DNA of 64,000 bases from Chiloscyllium plagiosum. Taxonomy: Eukaryota. The stretch covers positions 84,990,558-85,054,557 of the forward strand of contig NC_057719.1 in assembly GCF_004010195.1 (NCBI RefSeq), in the 5' to 3' direction. Positions 11,951 to 24,597 of the stretch are shown piece by piece. Both the position numbers and the translations under genes were made by a program. A model generated the notes under the pieces. That model saw only the letters and a list, made by a program, of their open reading frames with translations, was not told the origin of the DNA and made no database searches. The stretch's first letter is position 1. The number at the start of each line of letters is the position of its first letter.

Positions 11951-12113
11951 ATAAATAGAGAGGCGGACATACCACCAGAGCTTCAGTGAAGGCTCTCACT
12001 GATGACGTTACCTAGTCATGCTGACGAAACATCTGAAAACAAACCTTCCAGCTCAGTGAGCTAACTTACATCCATATCATCAACCTGAGCTGCAGATCTT
12101 CTCAAAAATCGCT
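11951..12113 (+). mobile_element. Penelope-derived terminal fragment with a hammerhead-like motif
   Basis: TSD aactatcaaatct (11938, 12114); tcaCTGATGA-stem-GAAAcatctga. Confidence 0.7.
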
Positions 12114-12259
12114 AACTATCAAATCTGTTACATTCTTCCCCAAAGCTTCCAAACGCCTGCTTATTTCTGGCAGATTGGAAGGGCTCTTCTTTGCATTTAA
12201 CTCCCAGGTTTCAGAATTTCCTCTCAAATGTTAATAAATCTTCAGACTGCAGACATACA

Positions 12260-14500
12260 TGCTTACGAATTAGAAGATGGAGTCAACCATTCAGTCCTTA
12301 AAGCCAGCTCCATCATTCAATAAAATTGTGGCTCATCTTCCTGCAGTCTCATAGCTGCATTCCTACCTACCCCAACAACCTTTGACATTCTTACTAACAA
12401 GAATATATCTACATCTGCCATACAACAATTCAAGGACTTCCACCACCTTTTTAAGAAGAGAATTCCAAAGATGCATGACCCTCAGAGAAAAAAATGCCTT
12501 ATCTCTGTTTTAAATGAACGATTCCTGATTTTTAAAGTTACCCCGGTTCTAAATTTGTTTACATAAGGAAGCATTCCCTTTACACCTACCCTGTCAAGCG
12601 CTTTCAGGTATTAGCCCAGTAAGCCTTCTCTGAATAGCCTCCAATATATTTATATTCTTCCTTAAATAGGGAGACCAATATTGTGCACAGTACTTCAGAT
12701 GCAGTATCATCAGTGCCCTGTATAACTGAAGCATAATCTCTTAACTTCTGTATTCAATTCCTCTTATGATAAATTATAATCCTCCTAGCTTTCTGAATTA
12801 CTTGCTGTAAAATATAATTTTGTGGATGCAGTATCATCAGTGCCCTGTATAACTGAAGCATAATCTCTTAACTTCTGTATTCAATTCCTCTTATGATAAA
12901 TTATAATCATAGAACATAGATAGAACATAGAAGAATACAGCGCAGTACAGGCCCTTTGGCCCTCGATGTTGCGCCGATCCAAGCCCACCTAACCTATACT
13001 AACCCACTATCCTCCATATACCTATCCAATGCCCGCTTAAATGCCCATAAAGAGGGAGAGTCCACCACTGAATCCTCCTAGCTTTCTGAATTACTTGCTG
13101 TAAAATATAATTTTGTGTAGTTCATGCATGAGAATTCTCTGCAATCTCTCTCATTATTTTGATAATATGCTTTTTTTCACTTGCTGAAAAATAGATAATC
13201 TCACATTTGCCCAAATTATGCTCTATTTGCCACATCTTTACCTACTCAGTCTATGTATAGGTTTGTAAACTATATGTCCCCTTTACAGCTTTCCTCCAAC
13301 CTATCATTGTGTTGTCAACAAATTTGGTGACTATACCTTCCATCCCTCCATTTAGGTCATTTGTATTCATTGTAAACAGTTGAAGACCTGACACACCACA
13401 TGTTACATTTCACTAACCTGAAAAAGACTCATTCAGGTCTGCGTTCTGCTTCATGTTAGGCAGCCAATCTTCTATCCATGCCAATATGCTAACCCCAACA
13501 ACATTAGCTTTAGGTTTTCATCACAATCTTTGACATGGAGCTTATCAAATGGCTTTTATAAATCTAAGTATGCAATACATTTAAAGTATGTATTACTTCA
13601 TCAATAGCTTGGTCAAACATGGTTTCCCTATCAAGAAAACCATATTGGTTTTGCATGATTACCTTGAATTTATCTAAGTGCCCTCTTAGTTAGTAATAGC
13701 TTATTTAGTAATAGCTTCTAACATTTTTCCAATTTAAGCTAACTGACCCATAGTCTCTGTTCCTTTTTGAATAAATTTGCTATCTTCTAGTCTAACGAGA
13801 ACGCCCCCAAACAAAGGAGCTTTTGATAATTAAAACTATCTCACTAGTCACTTCTTTTAAATGAATTCCTTCAGGATCCAGGTATTTGTAATTCTGCAGC
13901 TCCAACAATTTACTAAAAATGACAAAAAATATCATTGGAAATTTCCTGAGTTCCTCCCTGCCTTTTATTTCTTTGATCTATCACTCCTTATGAAAGTTAC
14001 TTGAATACTTAATAATGAAGACTGATGAAAAATACCATTCCATTTTCCATTAGTAATTCTAAAGATGCACTTTCTATAAGACTTATGCTCACTTTGTTAA
14101 TTCTTTTTTTCTTTAAATATTCATAAAAAACACTTCTATCTATTAGTATATTTCTGGCTATGTCTTTCTCAAACCGTATTTTTTCCCCTCTTTATTCATC
14201 TTTTTAGTCATTAATTGTTGTTTTTATACTCCATCCAATCTTCTGACCAGCCATCTGTCTTTTACAATCGTATGCAACTGCATCTCTATCGACTTATACT
14301 TCAATCTAATTTGTCAATTCACTTTCAGCTCTGCTTTCATGACCCAAATTTTAAAATAAAGTCTTAGATGCACTCCTTTCTCCCTCAAATGAAATGTAAA
14401 CAACAATCATAATCACTGCTATCTAGGGGTATTTACACAATGAGATTGTTGATTAATCATGTCTCATTGCATCATACAAGGTCTAGTACAATCTGCTCTC
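12260..14500 (-). mobile_element. Highly decayed CR1 LINE with a young LINE tail inserted at 12909-13070
   Basis: Reverse-complement CR1 tail and RT remnants. The young insert begins atagaacatagatagaacatagaa with TSD aatc. Outer boundaries approximate. Confidence 0.6.
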
Positions 14501-15857
14501 AGAGATGTCAATTCTAGGCTGTTGGCTGAGCTCAGATTTCAGGCCCTTGGAGATTCCTCCCTAAGATTCCCAAATTGCAAAACCCCATTCAATTGATTCC
14601 AGATACTTGGACCTACAGCAGAGTACTCATTCTGAGTAGCAGCCCTTCTATAATCTCCCTTGAGCACAATTTCCCTCCCAGCAGTTCATTAAGTGGAGTC
14701 ACCAAATTATTTCTCATCCTTTTACTGTCAGACTCCATGACCTTGTTCTACTCCTGATAGACCTTGCGACCCGTTCTCACAACTGTCTCTGATATTGATA
14801 ATTCAGTGCCCTTGATAATATTATTAACATCCCAGTGTTTAGAAATTTCCAAGTGACCATGGGAATACCATGAGAAAATTTTTGGTAAACTACAAAAACA
14901 TATCAACAAAAATAAAAACATTAGAAGTATACCATTCCTGGAGGTGAATCATACATTAAGAAATAGATGGTAATTTTACATGGAAAACAATAATGGACAA
15001 ATGTGCACTGATCCACCATGCATGTCACTAATCAAAGAGCAAGGGTTTTCAGATTCATATTGTCAGAACATTAGAACTATAATATTTGATTATAAGCTGC
15101 AGTCTTATGAAAACTCTGCTGGAAAAGTGGTTAAAGCAGCATCAATAACTACTAACTTTCCTGCCTATTCTGAATTTAATTAGTAGGAAGTTGGTTTTGC
15201 TTCAGTAATATTGTGCACTCTGTTGGCATTCGGTAATATTTTATCACATTGATATAAATAGTTAACAATTTACAATAACAAGTGTCTAGAGCATCTATCA
15301 AGTGTAGCGTTTGTACAGCTTCTGTGCTAATTAGCAGTCTGAGGTCTGGCGTCTGTTGTAGTGTTGCCTTAATACTTCAGATACCTTCACAATGTGCAGC
15401 CCCTTTACTATATAATCTAACCAATAAAACTATCACTCTGTAATATACAGTACTTATCAGAGCATCAAAATTTAATCATTATTTCTCCTGGCCAGGGAAA
15501 TCTAGAACCTGGGGACACTACCTCAGGATAAAGAGTCAATCATTAAAACCTGAGAGAAGTATAAATTTCTTCACTCAAAATGTTGCAATTCTTTACATTT
15601 TTTGAGAATCCAACATTGTGCATATTTAAGGCTGTGACAGCTACATTTTAGGTCTCTCCTGGAATCCAAGGATACGGGGAGTAGTTGGTAAGGTGGAGCT
15701 GAGGCAGAGATCAAGAATGATTATATTGAATAATAGAGCAGGCTTGGGGGTGCAGGTTATATGGTCTTCTAAGCCTATTTCTTACATTGTAATAAAATAG
15801 GAGACCCTCACCAAAACATTTGATCACCTACTCTGAGTGAAATTTGCATTCTTCATA

Positions 15858-17266
15858 TGCAATCAGTGTTGCCTTGTCTCAATTATATTCATCCGCCAAT
15901 TAAAGGCTGAGCATACCCTCCCCAATGTTAAACTGAAATCAATTGCCAAGTCTCAGCCTGACCACAAATGAATGGATTCTCCTCCAGTATTACTGACTAA
16001 TAGAAAAATGTTTAAATGGCTGGTGCCATGTTGCAAGCATATGATCTTCTTCAAGGGGCGGCACGGTGGCACAGTGGTTAGCACTGCTGCCTCACAGCGC
16101 CAGAGACCCGGGTTCAATTCCCGACTCAGGCGACTGACTGTGTGGAGTTTGCACGTTCTCCCCGTGTCTGCGTGGGTTTCCTCTGGGTGCTCCGGTTTCC
16201 TCCCACAGTCCAAAGATGTGCAAGTCAGGTGAATTGGCCATGCTAAATTGCCTGTAGTGTTAGGTAGGGGGGTGAATGTGGGGGTATGGGTGGGTTACGC
16301 TTCGGCGGGTCGGTGTGGACTTGTTGGGCCGAAGGGCCTGTTTCCACACTGTAAGTAATCTAATCTAATCTGCTACAAATAGGTTTGTTCTATTGTTAGA
16401 TTTCAGATGCTTTAAAATGAGACAATAGCTGGAACCGGAAACTGGTTAAGTATATAGAAAACAGAAAGAAATACTGAAAGTTGCAAGTGCTATAGTTCAG
16501 AAAGAAAATATGACAGAGCTTTTTCAGATAGGTTCAATTATATCCAAAAGACGACCTTACATATGGACGAAAATTTAAAATTTTTCCATTTCTGCACAAA
16601 CATAATTCATATCATACAAATCAAGGTTATTTTTCTACATTATTGCCAGTTTTAGAAATAAGCAGCTCAATTTCATCCTTGTAATCATGCATTCTTCTTT
16701 ACCTAAATCTTTTCATCATAACTGGGCATGAGATAAATCAGTGGGGAGAAGCAAAATAACTCCCCCAATAAAGAGACTGAGATGCCATGAAGCAAAATGA
16801 CATAATGTGTATGTAAATCTCAATTTCCATTTGTTGACAATGAGATTAGGCTTTGGGTTCAATATCTAAAATAATGTGCAGTCAAAGCAGCTTTATTCCA
16901 GATACTCTATATACCCACTATAATATTCTTCATAGTTATGAGGTAACAGATAAACGGATTAAATGTTTCATGAAAATCTCCGAGCTGGAACAAAAAGTGT
17001 CCATCATGCCCATTCCTGCCTACATTAATGTTTCTGGCTCAATTGAGTACCAACCAGCTAATTAGGGACAGCTGGTCATTAGGACTGCTGACTACTTTGC
17101 ACCTGTCCAGTAAGGCTCCCATTAAATCACAGGCCTAGGGCTGGTGTCCACCTGTAATGTGGTCAGGCTGAGACCTGGCAATCGATTTCAGTTTAACATT
17201 GTGGAGGGTATGCTCAGCCTTTAATTGGCAGATGAATATAATTGAGACAAGACAACACTGATTGCA
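15858..17266. repeat. 109 bp inverted repeat (arms 15858-15966 and 17158-17266)
   Basis: Manual alignment: 104/109 identical, no gaps. Confidence 0.95.
16056..16370 (+). mobile_element. HE1-type SINE (V-SINE), full length
   Basis: tRNA-like head with A/B boxes (tggcacagtgg; ggttcaattccc), V-domain tgtgtggagtttgcacgttctccccgtgtctgcgtgggtttcc, LINE-derived tail ending in (taatc)n. Confidence 0.92.
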
Positions 17267-17638
17267 GAGGATCAAGGGACATAGGAATTAGAAGAACCAG
17301 AAAGGTATTCGACCTTTTGCATCTCCACCACTGGTTAACAAGATCATGGCCTTTCCTATAGGCTTTGTGCCAATGAATATCAAACCTAACTTCCTTCCCA
17401 TGGTCCATGTGCACCATAATATGGAATGGTTCACATAAAATGTAAGTCAATTGCCTTTTTAATCATTTGAATTACCAATTAATTGCACACTTAGAAAGGC
17501 AGGGAGGCATCCTACATTATTGGCACCCTACTTTGTGAACATGTGGCCAAACTGACTGTAAAATCTATCCCATGCTTTTTGGTCAGACAAGTGAAGGCTA
17601 TATACTAAATGCAGACTCAACAAGCACTGATATCTCAT

Positions 17639-18075
17639 CATATAAGGAGAGGCTGAACAGGTTGGGGTTGTTTTCCCCGGAGTGTCAGAGGCTGAGGGAT
17701 GACCTTATAGAGGTTTACATAATTATGAGGGGCATGGATAGGATAAATAGACAAAGTATTTTCCCTGGGTTGAGGGAGTCCAGAACTAGAGAGCATAAGT
17801 TTAGAATGAGAGGGGAAAGATATAAAAGAGACCTAAGAGGCAACTTTTTCACACAGAGGGTGGTACATGTATGGAATGAGCCACCAGAGGAAGTGGTGGA
17901 GGCTGGTGCAATTGCAAGATTTAAAAGGCATTTGGATGGGTATATGAATAGGAAGGGTTTGGAGGGATATGCGCCGGGTGCTGGCAGGTAGGACTAGATT
18001 GGGTTGGGATATCTGGTCGGCATAGATGGGTTGGACCGAAGGGTCTGTTTCCATGCTGTACATCTCTATGACTCT
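17639..18075 (+). mobile_element. 5'-truncated CR1/HER1 LINE
   Basis: SYKERLNRLGLFS...RGNFFTQRVVHVWN...FKRHLDGYMN plus tail. Confidence 0.88.
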
Positions 18076-18308
18076 AATTGGATTGTCATATTTTACCCTA
18101 TAGACTCAGATTGGAGTGGTTAAAGAGTTCAAACTCTTTTTATTTAAAAAAAAAATTGGCAAGGTTGAGATGAACAGCTTTGACTCATGGTTTATTCTCA
18201 CTGCCAGAGAATATACTTTATTATCAAACTTTATAGGCTACTGCCAGCTTTGTACACTACAGGATGCATAATAAAATGACCCCCTTTTCACAGTCACTCG
18301 AATATTAC

Positions 18309-18386
18309 CTCATAACACCATCTTCCCAACAAGTAGTATAAAGAAGGGTCATTAGGCTTCAGCTCAATGGCCTTGTCGATGTGCTC
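18309..18386 (-). CDS. RMDN3: Next coding exon of the same RMDN gene; [26 protein letters not shown]
   Basis: Acceptor tattcttctag, 78 nt phase-0 exon, donor GAG|gtaata. Joins in frame to the 46219-46294 exon to give [11 protein letters not shown]...LLGRWCY, a hallmark RMDN motif. Confidence 0.9.
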
Positions 18387-18589
18387 CTAGAAGAATATCA
18401 AGAAACACAAGTTAGATGGTAAACTTACTAATATTGCAGTTCAAAGTCAGCAGATTCTGATCGAAAGTATCCAAAATACACATCCAAAACCAGAAGATAT
18501 AGCTCAGTCCAATATTTCTATTTTTGTTCTTTATTTAGCTATAATTTAATTTTTTTTTGTCTTTGCCATAAAGACCTTACATAAATTCA

Positions 18590-18735
18590 AGGGATGCTAA
18601 GCAGGTGTTCTATTGCTGGAAGTGCCAACTATCTTATAATGATAACCTAAGGTCTTGTCTGCTTACTCAGGTGAATGTAAAAGATCCCATGACACTATTT
18701 GAAGTTGAGCAGTGTCTTGGACATTAATATTTCTC
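18590..18735 (+). mobile_element. Decayed DeuSINE (SacSINE1/AmnSINE1-like) core
   Basis: ctcaggtgaatgtaaaagatcccatgacactatttgaag.tgagcag resembles the Deu domain. Confidence 0.6.
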
Positions 18736-19299
18736 CAGTCATTTATATCTTGACAGGTGAACTGATCTTTTATTTCAGGCACAGCAGTAAATGGAAGCCA
18801 AACACCTCTCATTTGTGGTAAAACTGCAAAGTTGAAGGGCACTATAAGTAGGAATAGGAATAGATAGGCAGTAATTCAGGAATGTGGAAGCTGCACTAAA
18901 TAATTACTGGATTCTGGGTAATCCACAATGGAGGACAGGGAAAAGTTGTGGCTGTAACAGCTGCTCCTTTCTTCAGATATTTTAGGTGTTGGAGCTGATT
19001 TCCTCGAATTCCAGGAACAATAGAGTCATAGAGATGTACAGCATGGAAATGGACCCTTCGGTCCAACCTGTCCATGCCAACCAGACATCCCAACCCAGTC
19101 TAGTCCCACCTGCCAGCACCTATAACTACTGTTTTATAAGCTGTTACATTGTTTTGGAACTTTGGGGAATAAAAGATCAAAACAAGGCACTTTCAAAAGA
19201 AGGAAGAGAGACAAAGGATGGACCACATGGTCAGTGAATAAAACGAGAAAGAAATCTACACTGCTGTCTGACATTGCAGTGAATCTGCACAGCTACTGC

Positions 19300-22200
19300 C
19301 TTTGCTGTTTGAGTTCAAGTATCTCTGAACATCGGAGTGCGTCTCTAAGAAAAATTAAACAGTGAAGTTCACAGCTGACCTTGGAAGAACGTGTGTGGGA
19401 GAGTTCACATCACAAGAGCAGCTAAGTACATAGTTTTAAAGTATAACATTGCTGTTCTTTTTCTAAATCTACAATAGTGAATACAGTGGGTTCTTTTATG
19501 ATAATATGTTTTATTGAGATCTGTCTCTTGATTTAAATTTTAAAAATATAAAACATAGGTAACAAATTAGCCTGGAGCAGTGTTTTTTTTAAAGTAATAA
19601 GACTGTGCTATTTTCTGGATAGCACAATCTGGATCTGTAGATTGTGAAGGTGAAAAGATGGCTATTAGTACAATGATGTGCTCATCCTGTCAGATGTTGG
19701 AGATTAGGAAGAGTTTCAATGTTACTGAAGATTATGTCTGCAGTAAGTATCTTTGGTTGTGAATCCTATCAAATCGCATGGATTGGTTACAGCGGCAGAT
19801 AGAAGCAATGAGCAATTTACAGGAGCTAGGTGATGATGGATGGCAGTTATAGGAAGGGAGAAAAACTGCAGATAAGAGTCAGGTTAGATGGGTTACCTCC
19901 AGTAAAGGTAGGAGAGGGAGGCAGATAGTGTGGGGTCACCTGTGGTCATCAAGGGTCAAAAAAATATGCTGTTTTGGAAAATGTAAGGGGTGATGCACTC
20001 TCAGGGAATGTAGCACGAAAAGCCAAGTTTCTGGCTCTAATGTAACGAGGGATATGTCAGGTTCCAGGCAATTGATTGTGATAGGGGACTCTCTAGTCAG
20101 AGTCACAGACAGACTTTTCTGCAGCTGACAGCGAGAACACAGAATGGTGTGTTGCCTTCCTGGTGCCAGGATCAAGGATATCTCTGAGAGAATGCAGAGT
20201 ATTCTCAATGGGGAGAGGGACCAGCAGGAGATCATTGTACACATTGGAACTAACAACATAGAAAAGGAAAAAGGATGAGATTCTGAAGGGAGAATATAGG
20301 AAGTTAGGAAGGAATTTAAAAAGGAGTCCTGCAGGGTTAGTAATCCTGGAATACTCCTGGTGCTACAAGCTAGTGAGGAAAGGAATAGGAGGATAAAGCA
20401 GATTTATGTGTGTCTGAGGAATAGGAGGATAAAGCAGATTTATGTGTGTCTGACGAGTTGGTGCAGGTGAGAAGGTTTCACATTTTTGGATCATTGGAAT
20501 CTCTTCTGGGCTAGAAGTGATCTGTATAAGAAGGAAGGATTGCACCTGAATTAGAAGGGGACTAATATACTGGCAGTGAGATTTGCTAGAGCTGCTTGGA
20601 AGGATTTAAACTAGTAAGATGGGTGGGGGGGGGGGTGGGACCCAAGGACATATTGAGGAAAGAGATCAGTCCGAGACTGGTATAGCTGGGAAAAGGAGCA
20701 AGTCCATCAGTCAGGACAGGCAGGAACAAAGCAGAGAACGAGGTAGGACTGACAAATTAAACAGAATTTATTTCAATGCAAGAGGCCTAACAGAGATATC
20801 CTTGATCCTGGTACCAGGGCATGGTCAGGAATGTGGGACTGGGATAACATAACAATTACTGAGATGTGGCTCAGGACTGACACTTAATGTTCCAGGATCC
20901 AAGTTCTACAGGAAGAATAGAAAGAGTGGCAAGAGGGGGAGTGGCATTTTGATAAGGGATAACATTATGACTGTACTTAGGGAGGATATTCCTGGGAATA
21001 TGTCCAGGGAAGTTATTTGGGTGGAACTGAGAAATAAGAAGGGGATGATCACCTTTTTGGGATTGTACTATATACCCCCCCAATAGCTAGTGGGGAAATT
21101 GAAAATCAAATTTGTAAGGAGATCTCAGTTATCTGTAAGATGATAGGGTAGTTATTTTAAGTTCCAAACATAAAGTAGGACCCCATAGTCAAAGAATGTG
21201 GTAGTAGAAAAGCACAGCCAGTCAGGCAGCATCAGAGGAGTTGGAGAATCGACGTTTTGGACATAAGTTCTTCATCAGCAATGAGGCTTGCGGCCCAAGG
21301 GGGCTGAGAGATAAACGGGAGGGGGTGGGCTTAAGGGTTTAGATGGAGAGGAATTTGTTCAGTGTGTACAAGAAAATTTTCTGATTCAGTATATGGATGT
21401 ACCTACTAGAGGAGGTGCAAAACTTGACGTCCTCTTGGGAAATAAGGCAGAGCAGGTGACTGACGTGTCAGTGGGGGAGCACTTTGGGGCCAGCGACCAT
21501 AATTCTATTAGTTTTAAAGTACTGATGGAAAAGGATAGACCAGATCTAAAAGTCTATGTTCTAAATTGGAGGAAGGCCAATTTTGATGGTATTAGGCAAG
21601 CACTTTCAAAGGTTGATTGGGGGTGGATGGTTACTGGTAAAGGTACAGATGGAAAATGGGAAGCCTTCAAAAATGAGATAACAAGAGTCCAGAGACAGTA
21701 CTACCTGTTAGGGAGAAAGCAAAGGCTTGTAAGTATAGGAAATGCTGGATGACTAGAGAAATTGAGGTTTTGGACAAGAAAAAGAAGGAAGCATACATCA
21801 GGTGTAGACAACAGAGATCAAGTGGCTCCTTAAAAGCGTACAGTGGCACTGGGATTATACTTAAGATGGCAATCAGGACAGCAAAAAGGGGACAGCAGAT
21901 AGCTTGGGCAAATAGGGTTAAGGAGAATCCAAAGAGTTTTTATAAATACATTAAGGACAAAAGGATAATTGGGAAAGAAAAGGGTCCATCAAAGATCAGC
22001 AAAGCAGCCTATGTTTGGAACCGCAGGAAATGGGGAACATACTAAACAAGAATTTTGCATCAGTATTTACTGTTGAGAGGACATATAAGACACATAAAGT
22101 GTGGAAATAGATGCTGGCATGTTGAAAAATGTTCATATTGCAGAGGAGGCAGTGCTGGATATCTTAAAATGCATAAAGGTGGATAAAACCCTAGAATCTG

Positions 22201-23725
22201 ATCAGGTGTCCCTAGAACTCTACGGGAAGCTAGGGAAATGATTGCTGGGCCCCTTGCTGAGAATATTTGCAATATCGATAGTCACAGATGAGGTGCCGGA
22301 AAATTGGAGGTTGGCTAACATGGTGCCACTATTTAAGAAAGGTGGTAAGGAAAGGCCAGGGAACTACAAAATGGTGAGCCTGACTTCAGTGGTGGGCAAG
22401 TTGTTGGAGGGAATCCTGAGGGACAGGATTTACATGTATTTGGATTAGGGATGGTCAATATGGCTTTAAGCATGGGAAATCATGTCTCACTAACTTGATT
22501 GAGTGTTTTGAAGAAGTAACGAAGAGGATTGATGAGGGCAGAGAGGTGAACGTGATCTATATGGACTTGTGTAAGGCATTTGACAAGGTCCCTCATGGTA
22601 GACTGGTTAGCAAGGTTAGATCACATGGAATATAGGGAGAATTAGCTATTTGGATACAGAACTGGCTCGAAGGTACAAGGTGGTAGTGGAGGGTTGCTTT
22701 TCAAACTGGAGGCCTGTGACCATCGGTGTGCCACAAGGATCAGTGCTGGGTCGACTGCATTTTGCCATTTATATAAATGATTTGGATGTGAATATTGGAG
22801 ATATAGTTAGTACGTTTGCAGATGACACCAAAATTGGAGGTGTAGTGGACAGCGAAGAAGGTTACTTCAGAGTACAACAGGATCTTGATCAGATGGGCCA
22901 ATGGGCTGAGGAGTGGAAGATGAAGTTTAATTTAGATAAGTGAGCTGCTGAATTTTGGAAAGACAAATCAGGGCAAGACTTATACACTTATTGGTAAGGT
23001 CCCAGGGAGTGTTGCTGAACAAAGTGACCTTGGAGTACAGGTTCATAGTTCCCTGAAAGTGGAGTTTCAGGTAGATAGGATAGTGAAGACGGCATTTGGT
23101 ATGTTTTCCTTTATTGGTCAGAGCATTGAGTATAGGAGTTGGGAGGTCATGTTGTGGCTGTACAGGACATTGATTCGGCAACATTTGGAATATCATGTCC
23201 AATTCTGGTCTCCTTCCTATAGGAAGGGCTTGTGAAATTTGAAAGGGTTCAGAAAAAACTTACATAAACTTTGCCAAGGTTGGAGGGTTTGAGCTCTAGG
23301 GAGAGGCTGAAGAGGCTGTGGCTACTTTCCCTGCAGCATCGGAGGCTTAGGGTGACTTTCCAGATGTTTTTAAAATCATGAGGGATGTGGATAAGGTAAA
23401 TAGACAAGGTCTTTTCCTTGGGGTGGGGGAGTCCAGAGCTTAGAGGGCATAGTTTAAGGTGAGAGGGGAAAGATTTAAATGGTACCTAATGGGCAACTTT
23501 TTCATGCAGAGGGTGGTGCGTGTATGGTATGGTGTGTGCCAGAGGAAGTGGTGAAGGCTGGTACAATTATAACATTTAAAAGGCATCTGGATGGGTATGT
23601 GAATAGGAAGGGCTTAGAGAAATGTGGGCCAAATGCTAGCAAATGGGACTAGATTAATTTAGGATATCTAGCTTGTTTGAATGGTCTGTATCTGTGCTGC
23701 ACATCTCTATGATTCTATGACTCTA
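19300..23725 (+). mobile_element. Near full-length degenerate CR1 LINE (ORF1 Zn-finger + SGNH esterase; ORF2 APE + RT)
   Basis: CSSC...CSK, IVIGDSLVR, FNARGL, PTRGGAKLDVLLGN, SDHNSI, GNYK.VSLTSVVGK, PQGSVLG, FADDTK, and a (ctatga) tail. Many stops and frameshifts; 5' boundary approximate. Confidence 0.92.
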
Positions 23726-24354
23726 ACTAAAGCCACAACAGTCATTCTAGGTTTTTTCCCCTTAAATTTCCCAGTTTCTATCCTAATTCCTGTATTTCAC
23801 TGAAATCTCCAGCCAAGAATGAATTTAGGGAATTATCCACAAACATGCTGACTTTGATCATTGGTAAAGTTCTGAAACTACTTGCTGAATTTTTTTTTGA
23901 CATGATACTAATTTTCTGAGATGGCCAACTTATTTCAACTTTTATCATCAGAAGTTCATCTGCAGCAGGCTTTGATTCAAGAACTGAGCGCAAGGAAGAA
24001 CAGAGGTTCAAAAGTACTGGGAGAACAAGACAGAAAAAGTAAATTAACTTTGAAGGAAGCTTGTAAAGAATCAAAGAGAAAAAAGGAAATGATTTGCAAA
24101 TATTATCAGAATTAAACTTGGAATAGAATATTTTCTGTGTGACTGAATTCAAACACAAGGACAAAAACAACATCCGTGTATACACAAAAAAAAAGTTCGA
24201 AAGTACAAGCCAAAAAATACAAATCAGAACTGACAATGATCTGCAAACATTGACTATTCCCCATGCATTCCCCATTAAAACAAATAACACAGCTGACAGA
24301 CATTTCAACTTTCAAGCCAGTTATTCAGGGACATAGTCCAACTTAAGAAAAAGA

Positions 24355-24580
24355 ACCCAAAGAACTGTGGATGCTGTAAGTCAGAAACAAAAACAGAAGT
24401 TGTTGTAAAAGCTTAGCAGGTTTGCCAGCATCTGTGAAGAGAAATCAGAGTTAGTGTGTCAGGTCTGGTGACCCTTCCTCAGAACAGAGAAAGGATCATC
24501 CGACCCGAAATGTTAACTCTGATTTCTCTTCACAGATGCTGACAGACTGCTGAACTTTTCCAGGAACGTATGGTTTTATT
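24355..24580. mobile_element. Fold-back short element (Penelope-terminus-like family)
   Basis: cagcatctgtgaagagaaatcagagtta ... taactctgatttctcttcacagatgctg inverted arms. Confidence 0.7.
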
Positions 24581-24597
24581 CTTAAACAAAATCAGAA

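Noticed and set aside
23778..24308. 176 aa minus-strand ORF
   Set aside because: Low-complexity hydrophobic translation of A-rich DNA; no recognisable domain or splice context.
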